A stretch of 64,000 nucleotides of DNA from Octopus vulgaris (taxonomy: Eukaryota). Positions 28,997 through 42,946 of this stretch are shown here, one piece after another. A model generated the notes under the pieces. The model had not been told where the DNA came from. It searched no databases and saw nothing but the letters and a program-made list of their open reading frames with translations. The stretch covers positions 38,502,001 through 38,566,000 of the forward strand of contig OX597816.1 of the NCBI GenBank assembly GCA_951406725.2, in the 5' to 3' direction. Position 1 is the stretch's first letter. Each line of letters starts with the position of its first letter. The position numbers were made by a program, and so were the translations under genes.

Positions 28997-30239
28997 TAAA
29001 ATTGAATTTTTTTTTTGTTAAAAAAGAAGCAAGGTGAAACCCTCACCCGTTTTAGGAACTTGTTTTGTTACATCTAGGGCATATGTATATCCTTCCAAGG
29101 TCATCTCCCCTTGTCTGTTCTGAATCGCACCAGTCTCAACTGACAAGTGAAAAAAGATGGGACGCTGTGATGTACTTGAGCAATAGAAACAACCCACCAC
29201 CCCATACACATACAAAAGAAGTTAAGAATAACAAGTGTTTGAAAGTCAAAGAGCGCACCCACTTTCTGCTCACAAACAAAGATGACTATGAATGCACATA
29301 TACAGGCATATACAGGTTTATTTTCATTTAATGATGACAAGTACATTTCTGAAATAAAAATATAAACCTTGCTTTTCTCTCTCTCTCTCTCTCTCTCTTA
29401 CATATTTTAACACTTCTACACTATACACCATGGAGTTCAGTTATCTTTCAAGATATCTGAATATATTTAGATTCGAAACATTTCTTGATTTTAAGGAATC
29501 TTTAATTTATATCAGAAGTAATTAGTTGTCCATATACTCTCTCTCACACACAATGTTTTTATGTTAAGTTATATATTAAAACAATATAACATTACACAGA
29601 AAAATTACCCAACACCTTTTAGTAGAGTAAATGTTTATTAAATCTTTACAAGAGGAGGGATGGCCATGACTTCATAGCTTCAGCCTGCTAGCCCCCATCA
29701 GACTGTATTGTGTGTGTGTGTGTGTTTGTGTTTGTATATTTTACATCAATTTTTTTCCAAGCTAGCATGGGCAAGACAAATATAAATGCAGTACTGTTTG
29801 TATAGCTTGATGCCCTTCCTGTGACTAACCCTTACCTATTTTTCAAGCAACAGAAATCCATACCACCCTCCGTTCCCCATCTATGAAGGCACAAAGTAGG
29901 AGCCAATTCATTGGCAGGGAAATATCAACAAACATCACTGTTCGTAGCTCTCTGTGACTTTTCATTGAGAAGTCCAAACCATAAAAATTCCCACATACAC
30001 ACCATGCACACATACATTTACTGCTTCCAGTCATTGGACTGCTGCTGGATTACAGCAGCAACACTACCTTTCCACTAACAACTTTAAATAACAGATGCAT
30101 TGTGTCTACTACCTAGTTTAAGTCCTGAGATGCTACATACATAGACAAACTTAAAGCAAATTACCAACCTACTATTAGTGCTGCTCTATCGCCTTCCAGT
30201 TGTCACATCCCAGATGTTTTGCAAGGTCAAGGATAGGAG

Positions 30240-30380
30240 ACCATCATCATCGTTATCATCATTTAACATCTGTTTTCTATGTTGGCATGGGTTGGACAAC
30301 TTGACAGGAGCTGGCAAGCCAGAAGACTGCACCAGGCTTCACTTCGCACGGTCTTTATGACTGGATGCCCTTCCTAATGC
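30240..30380 (-). mobile_element. RTE 3' UTR repeat (family A), truncated
   Basis: catcatcatcg...tttaacatctg...gcatgggttggac...ctggatgcccttcctaa is the reverse complement of family A. Confidence 0.75.
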
Positions 30381-30668
30381 CATGAGGACAATTAGATGCA
30401 ACCAAACTATTGGATGCTGTCATACACAAGTGGTCATAATGTAATTTCTCACATGGTTGTTGCTTTTAAATGATACCACTCCACTGTTGGGTGGACAGCA
30501 AAATTACCCCTGAATAGCCCATCCAGGATTACCCATTTACAGCTAAGTGGACTGGAGCAATGTGAAATGAAGTGTTTTGTCCAACACAATGCACTGATAG
30601 ACTACAAACTGAAACCACAATCTTGTGATTATGAGTACAAGAGTACAACACCCTAACCACTAAGCTAT

Positions 30669-30902
30669 GCACCTACACACCATGACTAAATAGGTACCCA
30701 AAACAACTTGTGAAAGCATGATACATACTTGATTCTGAGTGATGACTACATAAATATAAACAACTAATATAGTCAAGATCATTTCAGAATCTGCACCAAG
30801 CAACTGTAGATCAGTGGTTCCTAAATGTTGTGCCGCAGAATCACGTATGTATCATGCTTTCACAAGTTGTTTTAGGTACCTATGTAGTCATGGTGTAGGT
30901 GC
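30669..30902. repeat. Inverted repeat, ~68-bp arms, ~98-bp spacer
   Basis: 30669-30737 is the reverse complement of 30836-30902 with about 3 substitutions and one 2-bp indel. Confidence 0.92.
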
Positions 30903-33049
30903 GCTAGTGCACCACAAGAGGAATTGAAGTGCACTGCAGATTTTTCCAAAAAATAATTTAAAGCTTTAGAAAAAATTCATAACAATGTTTGAGCTTCTTG
31001 TAAAGCATGTTATTCCTAATTTTGTTATAAGGTATAATTAATAAAATAAGGTGAGCAAAGGTTTTCTCACATTTTTTTTTCTTTAAAATTTTTTCACTTC
31101 AAAATATTCTCTTAATCTTCATAAGTTTTACCAGTAATTTTTGGTTTGATCTTCAGTCTGCTACAAAATCTATAAGACTAAAAACCCACTGTGGTAAAGA
31201 ATAATACCTACTATGGTAGATATTATTCTTTACAGTGATTTTTCATTTTTATAAAAATTCACACTAGATGAACAACTGATAGCTGCAACAGTACATCTTA
31301 TTTTTTTTCTCTCTAGCCCATAGAACAATAACTGCAGTTGACTAGCTATAAATGGGAACTAACATTGCAATTCCTTTTTAATTATTTACTATTATTTTTT
31401 TTTCAAAGAACATTAATAGTTTATAATTCCTTCAGGACAAGATATTCAATATATTAAATATAGATTCTCCAACTCCCATCATGATATCATGTCTCAAAGG
31501 AGGACAACTCTTCACTGGTATTTACAATCTTCCACCACGTATATCTGATTTAACTGCTGGCTGTTTATATTAGTAACCCAGCATAATCACTATATTAATT
31601 ATCATTCATCAGACAATTTTGAAAGTATATCCTTCAGTGGGAAGTGATATAATAGTCACTGATACATATTAAGCTGGTGGTATTGTATGAACTAAAGACT
31701 GAATTCAAACCTGTTATTATCACAGACCAAATGTATTGTTACAAAGATATATTTATTCAATGTGTGAAAACCTTAACTATCCTTTCACACACTTAGTCTT
31801 TAATAATTTACAGTGATTTTTAGAGCTGTTTGGCAGAATATGTAAAAAGAATATTCAGGTATAGGGAACAGTATATTGTCTGTTATTTCAATGTCATTGT
31901 TATACAACCTACCAAGTGTTTGCCTCCATGTTTAGGCCTAAGATCTACTTATACCTCAACAAACCATTTTTCATATCAATAGTTGTATTTTGTATTTGAA
32001 TCAAGTCTATTTCCTAGTTGGCCTTCTCTAAGCACACCTCATAAGATAGCAGCCAATCAAATTAAATGTTTGATCATGGTAGGATTAGGAAGTTAAACTA
32101 CTGGTCACACTAACTTTCTCTTACAACTATTTTATAGCAAGCAACCGTAAGTGAAGCCAGATTTTTCTTTTTGCTTTACTTTGCTCCAACTGACTTAAAA
32201 GAAAAATAGGCCCCACTTCTAATTTGTGGTCAAGTGGTCACCAATTACAAAGTCAACTATGAAATCAGTTCCCAGAATGTTAAGCAAATGTAAAAAATTT
32301 GTAAAAATCACAGCATGGAATTGTAAAAAGACATCAATGAAAACATTTATGCAAAACAAATTTTGAGAACAGGTCATTTTTACTTTCAAATGCTGATTCT
32401 GAATGATTAACCCTTTGGCATTTAGATCGGCCACATCCAGCCCAAATATTTTGTTTTAAGATCAAACTGATCAGATCCAGCCTTTCACACCAATCCAACA
32501 ACATCTTTCAAGAATAAATAACAGCATCATGGAAATCTTGAAGCTATGTGGTAAAGCATTATTAATTCAAAACAATGTGAATAAATAAGCATCACATTTA
32601 ACAGAAAAATCTGAATGCTAAAGAGCTAAAGAAAATTTCTTCGCCTTTAGTCGTTGTCCAATGCTAAGTCAGCTCTGATCAAAAGTATTACAGCCACAAC
32701 CCTCTATACCTTTTTACTATCAAGGACGTCTTTTATTTAAATAAGTTTTCCCACGGGCCCCCAGGATATTGAAAGGTCCGTCAACTTAACATGCTGATGG
32801 ATCCCCAGTACTACCTTTGTGGACCACAGGTTGGGAATCACTGCTCTATATCATTGTTTACCAGAGACTATTCTGTCTGATGTGTCTTTCCATTTTTGAA
32901 CATTATAATGTTAATTTGAAGGTGACTTGGATTTCAGTTGCAGTTGTGGATAGGGAAGTTGTTTTTTTTTGCATTTATGGACAGCATCTAGCCTGTGTGT
33001 TAAACATTAAATAAAATGCTTATCAAGACTTTCTTCCCAGTCTAATACT

Positions 33050-34355
33050 GAGAGACATAATAGGAAAATGTGAGACTAAATATTATACAAAGTGTAAGGA
33101 GAGAAGGCCAGTCCTAGCAGCAGAAGAGCTCAGAAACTGAGGAAATTAGACCCGAGGCATGAATTACTGTGACAAAGACAGCTATGAGATTACAGCAATG
33201 AAAATGAATGGCATGAATTGTGCAAAAAGAAATATCTCTTGGCTGAGACTGGTTGAATATTAGGAGCAATGCTGCTACCTTTAATCTAATGTGGTTAAAT
33301 CTAATTTTAAAAAAGAAACCAAAACTATTGTCAGATTGACACAACCGAAGAAGCAATTCCTGCAAGTGAAATAAATATCTTCACCAGAAGTATGATGAGG
33401 AGTTGATCTATGAATAATGATATTTCAGAGGATTGTAGCAAAAAGTGAAGATATCTGTTGCAAAGCAAAAAAAATGAGATAATAAAGAGATTATAATGCA
33501 CAGAAAGTACAAATACAACTGTTATATATCTCCCTGCTACACATACATAAGAAATTAAAAATTAAGAATGAAGTTAGACAAGGCTATGTGCTACCCTCTA
33601 TCCTTTTTAAACTAAGAGAAACAGTATATGACAAGAAATGTCCTATAGAATGGAAATGGCTGTAATGAAAACACAATGGTATTTACTTTGAAACAACAAT
33701 CACTAAAAATAAATATTAAATTCTAGGGAAAGTTAATTGGACAGTGAGCAAAGATAATATACTTGGGATATATATGTATATTCAAAAAAAAAAAAAAAAA
33801 GAAAGAAAGAAAGAAAGAAAAAAAAAGAAGCAAAAATCAAAAGAAGGATTGAGAAAGCTAGAAAGTAAATTTCAAAAATGTCAAACAAACTAATTTCAAG
33901 AAAGATTAATACTGAAACTAGGAAGTCATTATTGAATGTTATTTATAGTCCACTCCATGGACCTGAAACATGAATATAACAACATTTTTATGAAATACAT
34001 TACACCTCTTCAAGCTGTGTGCAAACAACTTCTGAGAATATTGTAGGCTAGACACAACGAATGATGAAGTACTAAAAAACAAAAACTATGAAAATTTTAG
34101 CAGATACCATCAAAGAGAGAGAAAGCTAAAATATTTTGGACAATCAGAAAAAGTGGTTCACAATGACAGTTAAAAAAAAGCAAAAAGAAAGGAAAAAAAA
34201 ACAGAACCACAAATAATGTTGAATAACAAGAAGAACTGGATAAACTTAAAATACATAAGAGACAAAGATGGCAATTCATGGAGTTCTACCTGCTGAAAGA
34301 GAATGATACTTGGATGATACACTTACACCTACAGAAAAAAATAATCTCTCAGATA
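33050..34355 (+). pseudogene. Heavily decayed RTE-clade LINE reverse transcriptase
   Basis: Remnant motifs IKIKNEVRQGYVLPSILF (GVRQG..LSP.LFN) at ~33555, YLG at ~33760 and HGPET* (YG.ETW) at ~33956; many stops and frameshifts. Confidence 0.7.
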
Positions 34356-34357
34356 TA

Positions 34358-35024
34358 CAATGGTTGGACAAAACAATGGAAACATCACTTTCCATTTAAC
34401 TATTTTTTCTATTGGCCATATAACAAATCCAAAACAGTTCAAGTTTGTGTATATGTATTCATATGCATTACACAAGCCTTGTACTTCATGATATAGCCTT
34501 CTCTTTTTTGCAACTATTTATATTTAAATGAGTAAAAATGCTGACCAATCTGATTTCCAAAGGACTACTTATAGAGGCATGGTTGGAGCTTCAGTTACTA
34601 AAACTGCTAAACTGTTTAATGTTTTGAGAGGTACAGTCTCCAAAATCATGTTGGTATTCAAAAACCAAGGTAAGCATAGTTTTGGTCAGAAGGCAAAGCT
34701 CTGGGAGACTGCAAAATAAGGAAATGTCAAAAAACTATCGAACTATAGTATCAAAAGTGGCGTTAAGGCTAAGCTTTGCCAACGTTGTATCAACCAAAAA
34801 CTGTTTGTTGCAAGCTCCATAAAGCTGGATACCATGGGAAAGCTGCAATTGCTAAACCATTCCTGTTTCCCATCAACATTGGTCAATGGAAAAAATGGAG
34901 TTTAGATTGTTATAAGTGGTGAAAGGCTTAATAGAATAATGTCATCATCTCTGATAAACTATCATTCACCCTTTTCAGATCTACAAGACAAGTTTATGTT
35001 TAGAGACAACCCAAAGAACCCTTC

Positions 35025-35079
<55 letters not shown>

Positions 35080-35345
35080 TTCCCCAGATATGTTTTTGCA
35101 GACATTCCCTACATTTATGGAGCATTTTGAAGTGGATGTGAGGAGTTGTTTCCTTGCACCATTGCCACTGAAAGAGCTAAAGCAGATTTTACTTGAACAG
35201 TGGCTAAAAATACCCTAAAACTAACTGTTCAGAACCTGACAATTCTTTGACATATTAAAGCTGCAATTCATGCCAAAGGAAGACCACTCTGAAATAATAA
35301 AACCTCCATTTAACAAGATGTTTCCATTATTTTGTCCAACACCAG
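34358..35345 (+). mobile_element. Internally deleted Tc1-family DNA transposon with decayed transposase
   Basis: ~29-bp TIRs (caatggttggacaaaacaatggaaacatc / gatgtttccattattttgtccaacaccag) flanked by TA. Remnants SDFQR..GASVTKTAKLFNVLRGTVSK, VSTKTV..KLHKAGYHGKAAIAKP and IKAAIHAKG. Confidence 0.88.
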
Positions 35346-35778
35346 TACAATTACAAAACACAGTGATACCAAGTCATTATGAAACATAAATGCCAGACAA
35401 TACTACAATAGTTATTTTCCATCAACTCACTATATGGCTCCACAATGACAACCTCTTTTCTAAGCAATATAAAAGACCCTCCCAACTTAATATTCTTGAT
35501 TTTATCAGAATCAGGACAATATTTTCCCAAGATTTATATCAGACAAATATTGCACTGCAGATAAAAACAATGATCATAACAATGACAACAACAACAAGGC
35601 AGTGGGATATTATTAGACTTCTAGCTTGATTCATATAGCTAATTAGTATCACACTATTAACTAATAATGCACACACTTTATAAATTTCTTTATAAACTAA
35701 CACCTCTGATTACTAAGTCAATTTTCTCATTATTCTTGCTTCTAGCACTTCCCAACTGGCCAACTCTATTAAATACAT

Positions 35779-35848
<70 letters not shown>

Positions 35849-37597
35849 GGTAAACAGTAAGAAGTTAGGGAGTAGGATTCAATCATAAGTTTGTGGGTAA
35901 TATTTCTGGGCAAAGCTGCACATCATGCCCTTGAGCAAGGTACTTCATTTCACATTGCTCTAGTTTATTCAGCTAAAATGAGTACTAGCCAAGTGGTGCT
36001 AGTACAACCCTCTCCTCCAATAACCGTCAAATCTTAGGTTATATAGTTTGCTTGTCTGCACCTAAAACAATTAACAAAAGCATGGCATATACCACCACAC
36101 ATACTAAATTGCAAGCAACAGATATGGTTTATATTGCCATCACCATTATCTCTACATCCAATTTTCCATGCTCACATGGGTCAGGTACAATTTTTGTTGA
36201 GCCAAACTTTCTATGGCCAGATGTCCTTCCTGTCCCCAGGCGTCAGCTCTTTCCAAGTAAGGGAGTGTTTGTCCAGGATAGGACTACACAGCCACAGCAG
36301 GAAATGTATCAGGACATGAAATGTAAAAGCTGGACTAGATTACTTTATGCGCAACTCCATTGTCTCCCGAGACAAAAAGGATGCCAACCAATATTTCCTT
36401 ATGACCAGATATGTCTCAAAGAAGAGTGTGAACAAAGGATACTGCCTACATGACAGAGAGAGATTCATTTACAACTATCACCCAATGCCAAGACAAGGAG
36501 ACACTAACACACATATTACATGATGGACGACTTCTCAATCATAACACCAGAGGTGGACAGGAACAGCTTTACCTCAATCCTACTCGACCATTTCCATTGT
36601 GGTTACAACCAGAACATACAGAAAGATAATTAACTATCTGGACCTGCTGGAATTGGCAGCCAAATATCTTCATCATACCACACTATACTGTCTTGGAGAA
36701 GCAAAGACATATTAGATAATGCAACACTACAAACAATGATGGGCATAGGTGAAATGTTTTTTGATTACAGTCTATCTGATCAGGGCTGATCTGAGGCAAA
36801 ACAACACCAACAAGAAGGAACAGGATAGTGGAGAAATAACCTAAATTGCAACCAAAGCACTTCATATTATGAACTATTTGCTATCAGAGTGTGCAGTGAA
36901 GTCTACGTCACCTAGGATAAGGTATTGGAACTGTGGATCACAACTATTTTATCACCTATCTACATGCATTAGATCTGACTGAGCAGAGCTGAATGGGGAT
37001 ACACAGCATTAACAACCATACCACATGATATTGGGTTTCACACATAACCATTTATGTGTGGGTGAAAGTGAAAGAAAAGAGAAGAGTTAGGGTGACAGTG
37101 AGAAGGATTGGTAGGCCAAGAGAGTAGGGAAGATCAAATTTTCTTTGGTGAAGGGAACCATCAAAGTACTAATCTTATTTTGGAGAACTAAAATGTACCT
37201 ATAAACAGCACTATACAAGGCAAACACTAAACCCAAGCAAGGGAACAGAATATTGTACAAAGAATATTTATACTGACTTAATGTTTGCATGAATGTCTAG
37301 GCATGTGTGAGGTGCATGTGTATATACATATGCTTGCATGTACATACTTGCTCCATTAAGAAGCAAGATTTGAAAGGATTTTAGGAGTGCTTTATTTCCT
37401 TTCATAGATTCATAGACCTTCTTCCGTTTCTCAAGTCAAACACCAAACCAAATATATTAAATGGATCTTGATGTAAGAAATGTATCTGAGAAATCTCATG
37501 GCAAGAGTTGGAAGACTCTCATTGGAGGATTAAGGACTTTGGGCTTGTAACCATATTTAAACAAAATGGAATAATAATAATAAAAAGTTCAGCTTAC

Positions 37598-37746
37598 CTT
37601 CGTGGAAATCCATGTGTCGGTTGATATCGGAGTAGGAAAGGAAATCTTTGCCACAAAAGATGCACCTGTACACAGCTCGTCCATCGGGCAGTAGAGTGGG
37701 CTTGCAAACCTTTTCTCTGTCAACAGGAGAATTCACAACATGTAAC
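37598..37746 (-). CDS. Zinc-finger gene coding exon D (ZF9); 149 nt
   Basis: Acceptor ttttccag|G and donor G|gtaagc. In frame from exon C: RLHVVNSPVDREKVCKPTLLPDGRAVYRCIFCGKDFLSYSDINRHMDFHE. Not in the ORF track. Confidence 0.92.
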
Positions 37747-38049
37747 CTGGAAAAGGTATCAAGATATTAGGCCAGAAAAACATTCTACTTCTGGCCTGCA
37801 AGAACTGAACAACTTGATACCTAGAGTACGGTGAGCACATGAGAAGAACAGGCAAGTAAGCAAGCAAGCAGTTAGAAAGTTAGAAGCAAAGCTTTGTCAA
37901 GAGACCATTTGAAGCACACCAAACTTGAATAACAGGGTGAACAAAACAATATTTTACAAACACTACAAGCATAAGTTAATAAGATGTTTTCATGCCCTAT
38001 TCATTTGTGTGTGAGAGAGAGAGATTGAGCAAGCGTGTATTTGAGTATT

Positions 38050-39200
38050 GGCATATTTACAAGCATGTGTGTGTATGTAATCTTATTTTCATGTTACATA
38101 CCAGACTGGCGCTATAATGATGTAATGAGCTACTGCTCTCTATCTCAGAGGGCAGCAGAGGCAGGGAACACTTGGTGCTGATGAGGAACAAGGGAACTAT
38201 TTCATTTCCGGTAGCTTTCGGAATTTAAAGCTCACTCTTCTTATTTGGAGTAGCAAACAGGTGGGATTTTTAATTTTGCATTTATTTTTTTGTGAGCACC
38301 AGACAGGCTCTAGAGCACGAAAATAATATTTTGTTATTTTCCTAAAATACAACAGAAAGTAAGGTTTTTTTTTTTTTACAATGGCAAGGGAAAAGTAGTT
38401 GCATGGCTGAAGAAAGCGAAAATGGTAACAAAACTACAAAAGTGCAAGATGCCACAAGTTTTATACCACTTTATCAAGAAAGGGATGCACTGGTTTTGTG
38501 CCTAGAGATGAGTAATGAAGCCTAGAGACAGGGGAAATAAAAACCAAAACCAAGAATGGTTAAATAGCTGGTGGGAGGGGATGAACTGGCAGGATTTATC
38601 GAGGATAGGTTGAAAAGAGTGGTTAAACTAGGTTTCATGACTATCTTTTCTGATCATATTTCAGTAAGGCTGCAGTTGTTGAGACCATGATTGTGAGAAG
38701 TTAATGATTTAATGATTAAGGTTAGGATAGGACATAATGAAGCAGCAAGCTTTGAGAAGTGAGGGATCGAGTGGTGTAAGAAGTCACGTGTGAATGTTCA
38801 AGGGACAGTGCTTTTAGATGTTGACGATCATGTCTGGTCAGGTATCATAAAGAACCCAAGTCTAAATTGTTCAGCTATTGATGTGAGCAGGCAGGTCATA
38901 TAGCAAGCTATTATAATCAGAGAGATAATTGAAGGCGCGAGGAGCAATAGCGTCAGTAGTTATTTCATCAGCTGAGTAGATACACTTCTATAATCACTAT
39001 CTGTTGTGAAAAGTTCTAGTGCGCACGAAGAGCAGGAGCCTTCATTGATACAGGTTGCACAACCACAATAGTGACTCTGAGGCTGATGGGTGGCTAAAGT
39101 TGAAGGAGTAGTGTAGTAGCAGTCAATGGAAGAGAGTTAAATGTAGATATACATGTAGAGTTGGCAGTATGTAGAACATGACTGAAAGAACAGGTTTTTG
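38050..39200 (-). mobile_element. Probable decayed LINE (endonuclease-region remnant)
   Basis: Coding-like composition with no open frame and faint APE-like remnants around 38690-38850. Clade not assignable. Confidence 0.35.
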
Positions 39201-39224
39201 TAATTCACTACACTGTTTGTAAAG

Positions 39225-39563
39225 GTGCATGGCTCAGTGGTTAGAGCATCGGGCTCACAATCATGAGGTAGTGAGTTCAATTCTCAGATCAGGTTGTGTG
39301 GTGTGTTCTTGAACAAAACCCTTTATTTTACACAGCTCCAGTCCACTCAGCTGTAGATATGAGTTACGACATCACTAGTGCCAAGTTGTATCAACCTTTG
39401 CCTTTCCCTTGGATAACATCAGTGAAGAGGAGAGGCTGGTATGCATGGGCGACTGTTGGTCTTCCATAAACAACCTTGTCTGGACTTGGGCCTTGGAGGT
39501 TAACTTTCTAGGTGCAATCCCATGGTCATTCATGACCAAAGGATGTTTTAACCCTTTACCTTT
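39225..39563 (+). mobile_element. tRNA-derived SINE, family C
   Basis: tggctcagtggttagagc (A box), gagttcaattc (B box); full-length match to 22061-22399. Confidence 0.88.
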
Positions 39564-39779
39564 TACACTGTTGATATAGAGTGATGTGATCAATGAACAT
39601 AAGCTAGAGTGTGTGCTACGAGAATATATACCAAAAAAATAGGGAGTGTTGAACTACTAAAGTGAGCTCTGGAAATATAAATGTCTCTTGTAAGATTGAA
39701 GAAAACAGATTTCTATGCAGAGTTTGATGGTAAACAATGGGCAGTTGAATGCTCTTAGAGGGGAGAGTGTATGGTATTG

Positions 39780-40085
39780 TCTCATCTCATCTTCACCCAC
39801 TTAATTCTGGAAGGGGGCCATGCTGAAAGAGTCCACAAGCATGCCGTCCATCAGGTCCAGTCAGATCCCCTAGTGAGACCCAGTGAGCTCATGGATGTCA
39901 TCCAACCAACTTGCTCATGGTCTACCCATGGGTCTCCTGCTAATTGGTTTTACCGGTAAATCTCTCCAGCAATCCGCTTGCCAAGACATTCTTACCACAC
40001 ATCCATAGTATCAGAGATGTGATCTCACAATTTGGAGATGCAGTGGCTCTACCTGGAGCCACTCCATGATCTTTGAATTATGCAC
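39780..40085 (-). mobile_element. RTE-clade LINE 3' fragment
   Basis: Minus strand reads VEPLHLQIVRSHL*YYGCVVRM...RRPMGRP*ASWLDDI (RSQLRWxGHVxRM / GRP..W.D motifs), with a gatga-type tail. Confidence 0.7.
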
Positions 40086-40239
40086 TGTAGTACTGAAGAA
40101 TAAAATTAAATGTTATGAGTGTTCTTTAAAGGAGATGACTTGGGCAAGTTCTTTCTGCTCCAGCCCTAGGTTGAGCAAGGTAAGAATTTGGTAGATGTAA
40201 ATTGAAAGAAGCTTACCTGTCTATCTATTGCCCCTCTCT

Positions 40240-40586
40240 TGATGGGTTTTAGCTGAACAAATCAACCCAGAACTTATTTTCTTAAAGCCTAGTCCTTATT
40301 CTATTGGTCACTTTTGCCAAACCACTAAGTTACAGGGACGTAAACACACCAACATTGGTTGTCAAGCAGTGATGGGATGACAAACACAGACAAAGACAAC
40401 ACACACACATATATATATATATACGATGGGCTTCTTTCAGTTTCCATCCACCAAATCCACTCACAAGGCTTTGTGATCAGCCCAAAGCTATAGCAGAAGA
40501 CGCTTGCCCAAGGTGCCATGCAGTGGGACTGAACCTGGAACCATGTGGTAGGGAAGCAAGCTTCTTGCCACACAACCACACCTGCG
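40240..40586 (-). mobile_element. tRNA-derived SINE, family D
   Basis: Reverse complement of 22419-22790 including the head ggtgtggttgtgtggcaagaagcttgcttcc. Confidence 0.85.
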
Positions 40587-42946
40587 TCTGTATATATGTG
40601 TGTGTGTGTGAATGTTTAACTACAGTGTTGCACCTACAAACAGTGATCACCACTGTTTTTGACTGGGTTGCAACTGGTTTGCAAATGTTTGTTGGCATTT
40701 GCTGTCAACAAATTGTCCACAAGCTTTGTACTTACAGATTCTACTGGAAAAAAAAAATCCTTTTTGTTGAAAACAGTTAAGAGTTAGTGACAGGAGGTAC
40801 ACCTGACCATAAAAATCCTGCTACAACTTCTTAACATTTAAACCATTTTAGCATGGAAAAAACAGACACTAAATGCAAGAGATGTGGTGTGCTATTCTTG
40901 ATTTCAAGATCATATAATTAAGATATGTCACTAATTTATTTACAATGCATACATAGATATAAAGGAAAAGAAAGAAAGAAAGGCAGTAAGATAGAAGGTA
41001 GAATAAAGATTTCAAGCCAAGATTACTATACTGATCAAAACATATTAGAAGAGACAGACATTATTGCAAGACAACGCAGAGAAATAATATAATGTTAATT
41101 CAATCAAATAAGTTGAAATGTTTAATGAAACAAATAACAAAAAGTAGCAGCACAACAGCAAAGGAATTCATAAACAAAGATAATATAGTTATTGCTGCAA
41201 TTATGTAAAATAAGCAGCACATTTTTCCAACAGTTTCCTCATGGAAAACTTTCACAAATATACACAACCTCAAACAAATGAATGCTTGTAAATATGCATA
41301 TACACAAATACACGCTTGCACACACTCTCTCTCTCTCTCTCTCTCTGCACAAATGAATGCTTAACATGAAGAAATATATGCTCACACACATACATGCAAG
41401 AATAAGTGACTTACATTCAGAAAAGAAACACATAAATAATAAGGTTTCAACATAAAACCCATAAAAAACCGAAGACAACTTCCCATGCCCTACTAAATCA
41501 GTGAACACAATAATCAAAATATTTCAGATTTCCAGAATAAGGATACTGCATACATAAGGATACAATATCTTCTACTATAATGGTTGTCAACTTCATTCTA
41601 TTATATTTTAGTTATAGGGAAGATAGTACCCATGACCTATTACAGGGTCTCTGAGAGAACAGGTATCGTCAAACTGGATACCTGACTCAAATGCTTGCAG
41701 CAGAGTGAATTCTGCTAAAGGTACCAATATCCTAATGATGGTGTTAAACCAAGTGGCAGGTTAAGTCTACCAACCAAACATGCCATGGTGGGATCTGAAC
41801 TAAGAACCAGAACAAATACTGGAAAACATCCAGTCCAACATTTTTACAGTTTTCTTCCACTAATCAACTGCCTTGGATTTGTACTACTTTTTTATGATCC
41901 TGAAAAGGATGAAAAAGGATGGAAAGCAAAGCTGATCTCAGCAGAATTTGAGCTGGTAATGCAGAGAATCAGAAGGAATACTGCAGAGCATTCTGTCCTA
42001 CACTCAAATGACTCTGCCAATTCACTGCCTTTGAAACCAGAACCACGATTAACTTACTTTGGTGATAACATTACAAATAATTATGTAGCAGAGAAATTAG
42101 TAAAAAAAAATTTAAATAGAGAAGGAAGAGCATTCATCAATCACTCTAGTCTCCAAAATATTCAAACTAATTAGCAATACACTATGTAAATCAGTTAAAC
42201 TGTTGCCTCCTTCAAAATGACTCCACTTTCAGTCTTTAAACAAACCACATTTTCCAGCTTTGGTTTCATGTTGTTAAACAGTTGAGAGAGACAAATCTAA
42301 ATCTAGATAAGATACCAGTCTTACACAATATTTTCAGAAATTCTGGTACCTACTCCTGATGGAACTCCAGCATATAAACTTAAGTGTTCTGTCTAAATGC
42401 CTAGAAAAATACTTACAATGGATTTAAACTCAAAATCTACAAGCTGATAGTCCTACACTTTACCCATTCAGGTATTCTGCCCCAATCTATATTCAATCAC
42501 ATGACAGGATAAACAGTAAACAGGAATAACTGTGGGAGTATTTCAGAGAATACAAGTGCCTGGTGAATCAAGTCTCTAACCTGGTTTTCACATATTAAAG
42601 AAATCTGATTATCATAAGAATTCACTGATGACTAGGAAGACAAAACTACATACGCAGTCTAAACTTCCTCTTCATGAGGATAAGATACTTTAGCCCTAAA
42701 TAGTCATTTCAGTGTGAACTCCATCAAAGTATTGCCCACATATCAGGGTCTGTACTGCTGCTACACATGCAACATCTCAAAGCTATTAAAGCAGACTTGA
42801 TACAGTCACTTAACCTGTAAGGAATAGAAACCAGGTCTTTTCTAAGTCACACTTTTCTTTTTTTTTTAAAGGACACATCACTGAGTAACACAGGTCTAGA
42901 TACACTTGTCTGAAAATAAAATGGGATGGTTACAGCTGAAACATCC

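Noticed and set aside
18019-37746. Naming the gene REST, ZFP64 or charlatan
   Set aside because: Similarity is limited to generic finger features and the architecture does not match well enough without a search.
39225-39300. tRNA-like heads (also 22061, 57174)
   Set aside because: A/B boxes run into SINE bodies with no complete cloverleaf, so these are not tRNA genes.
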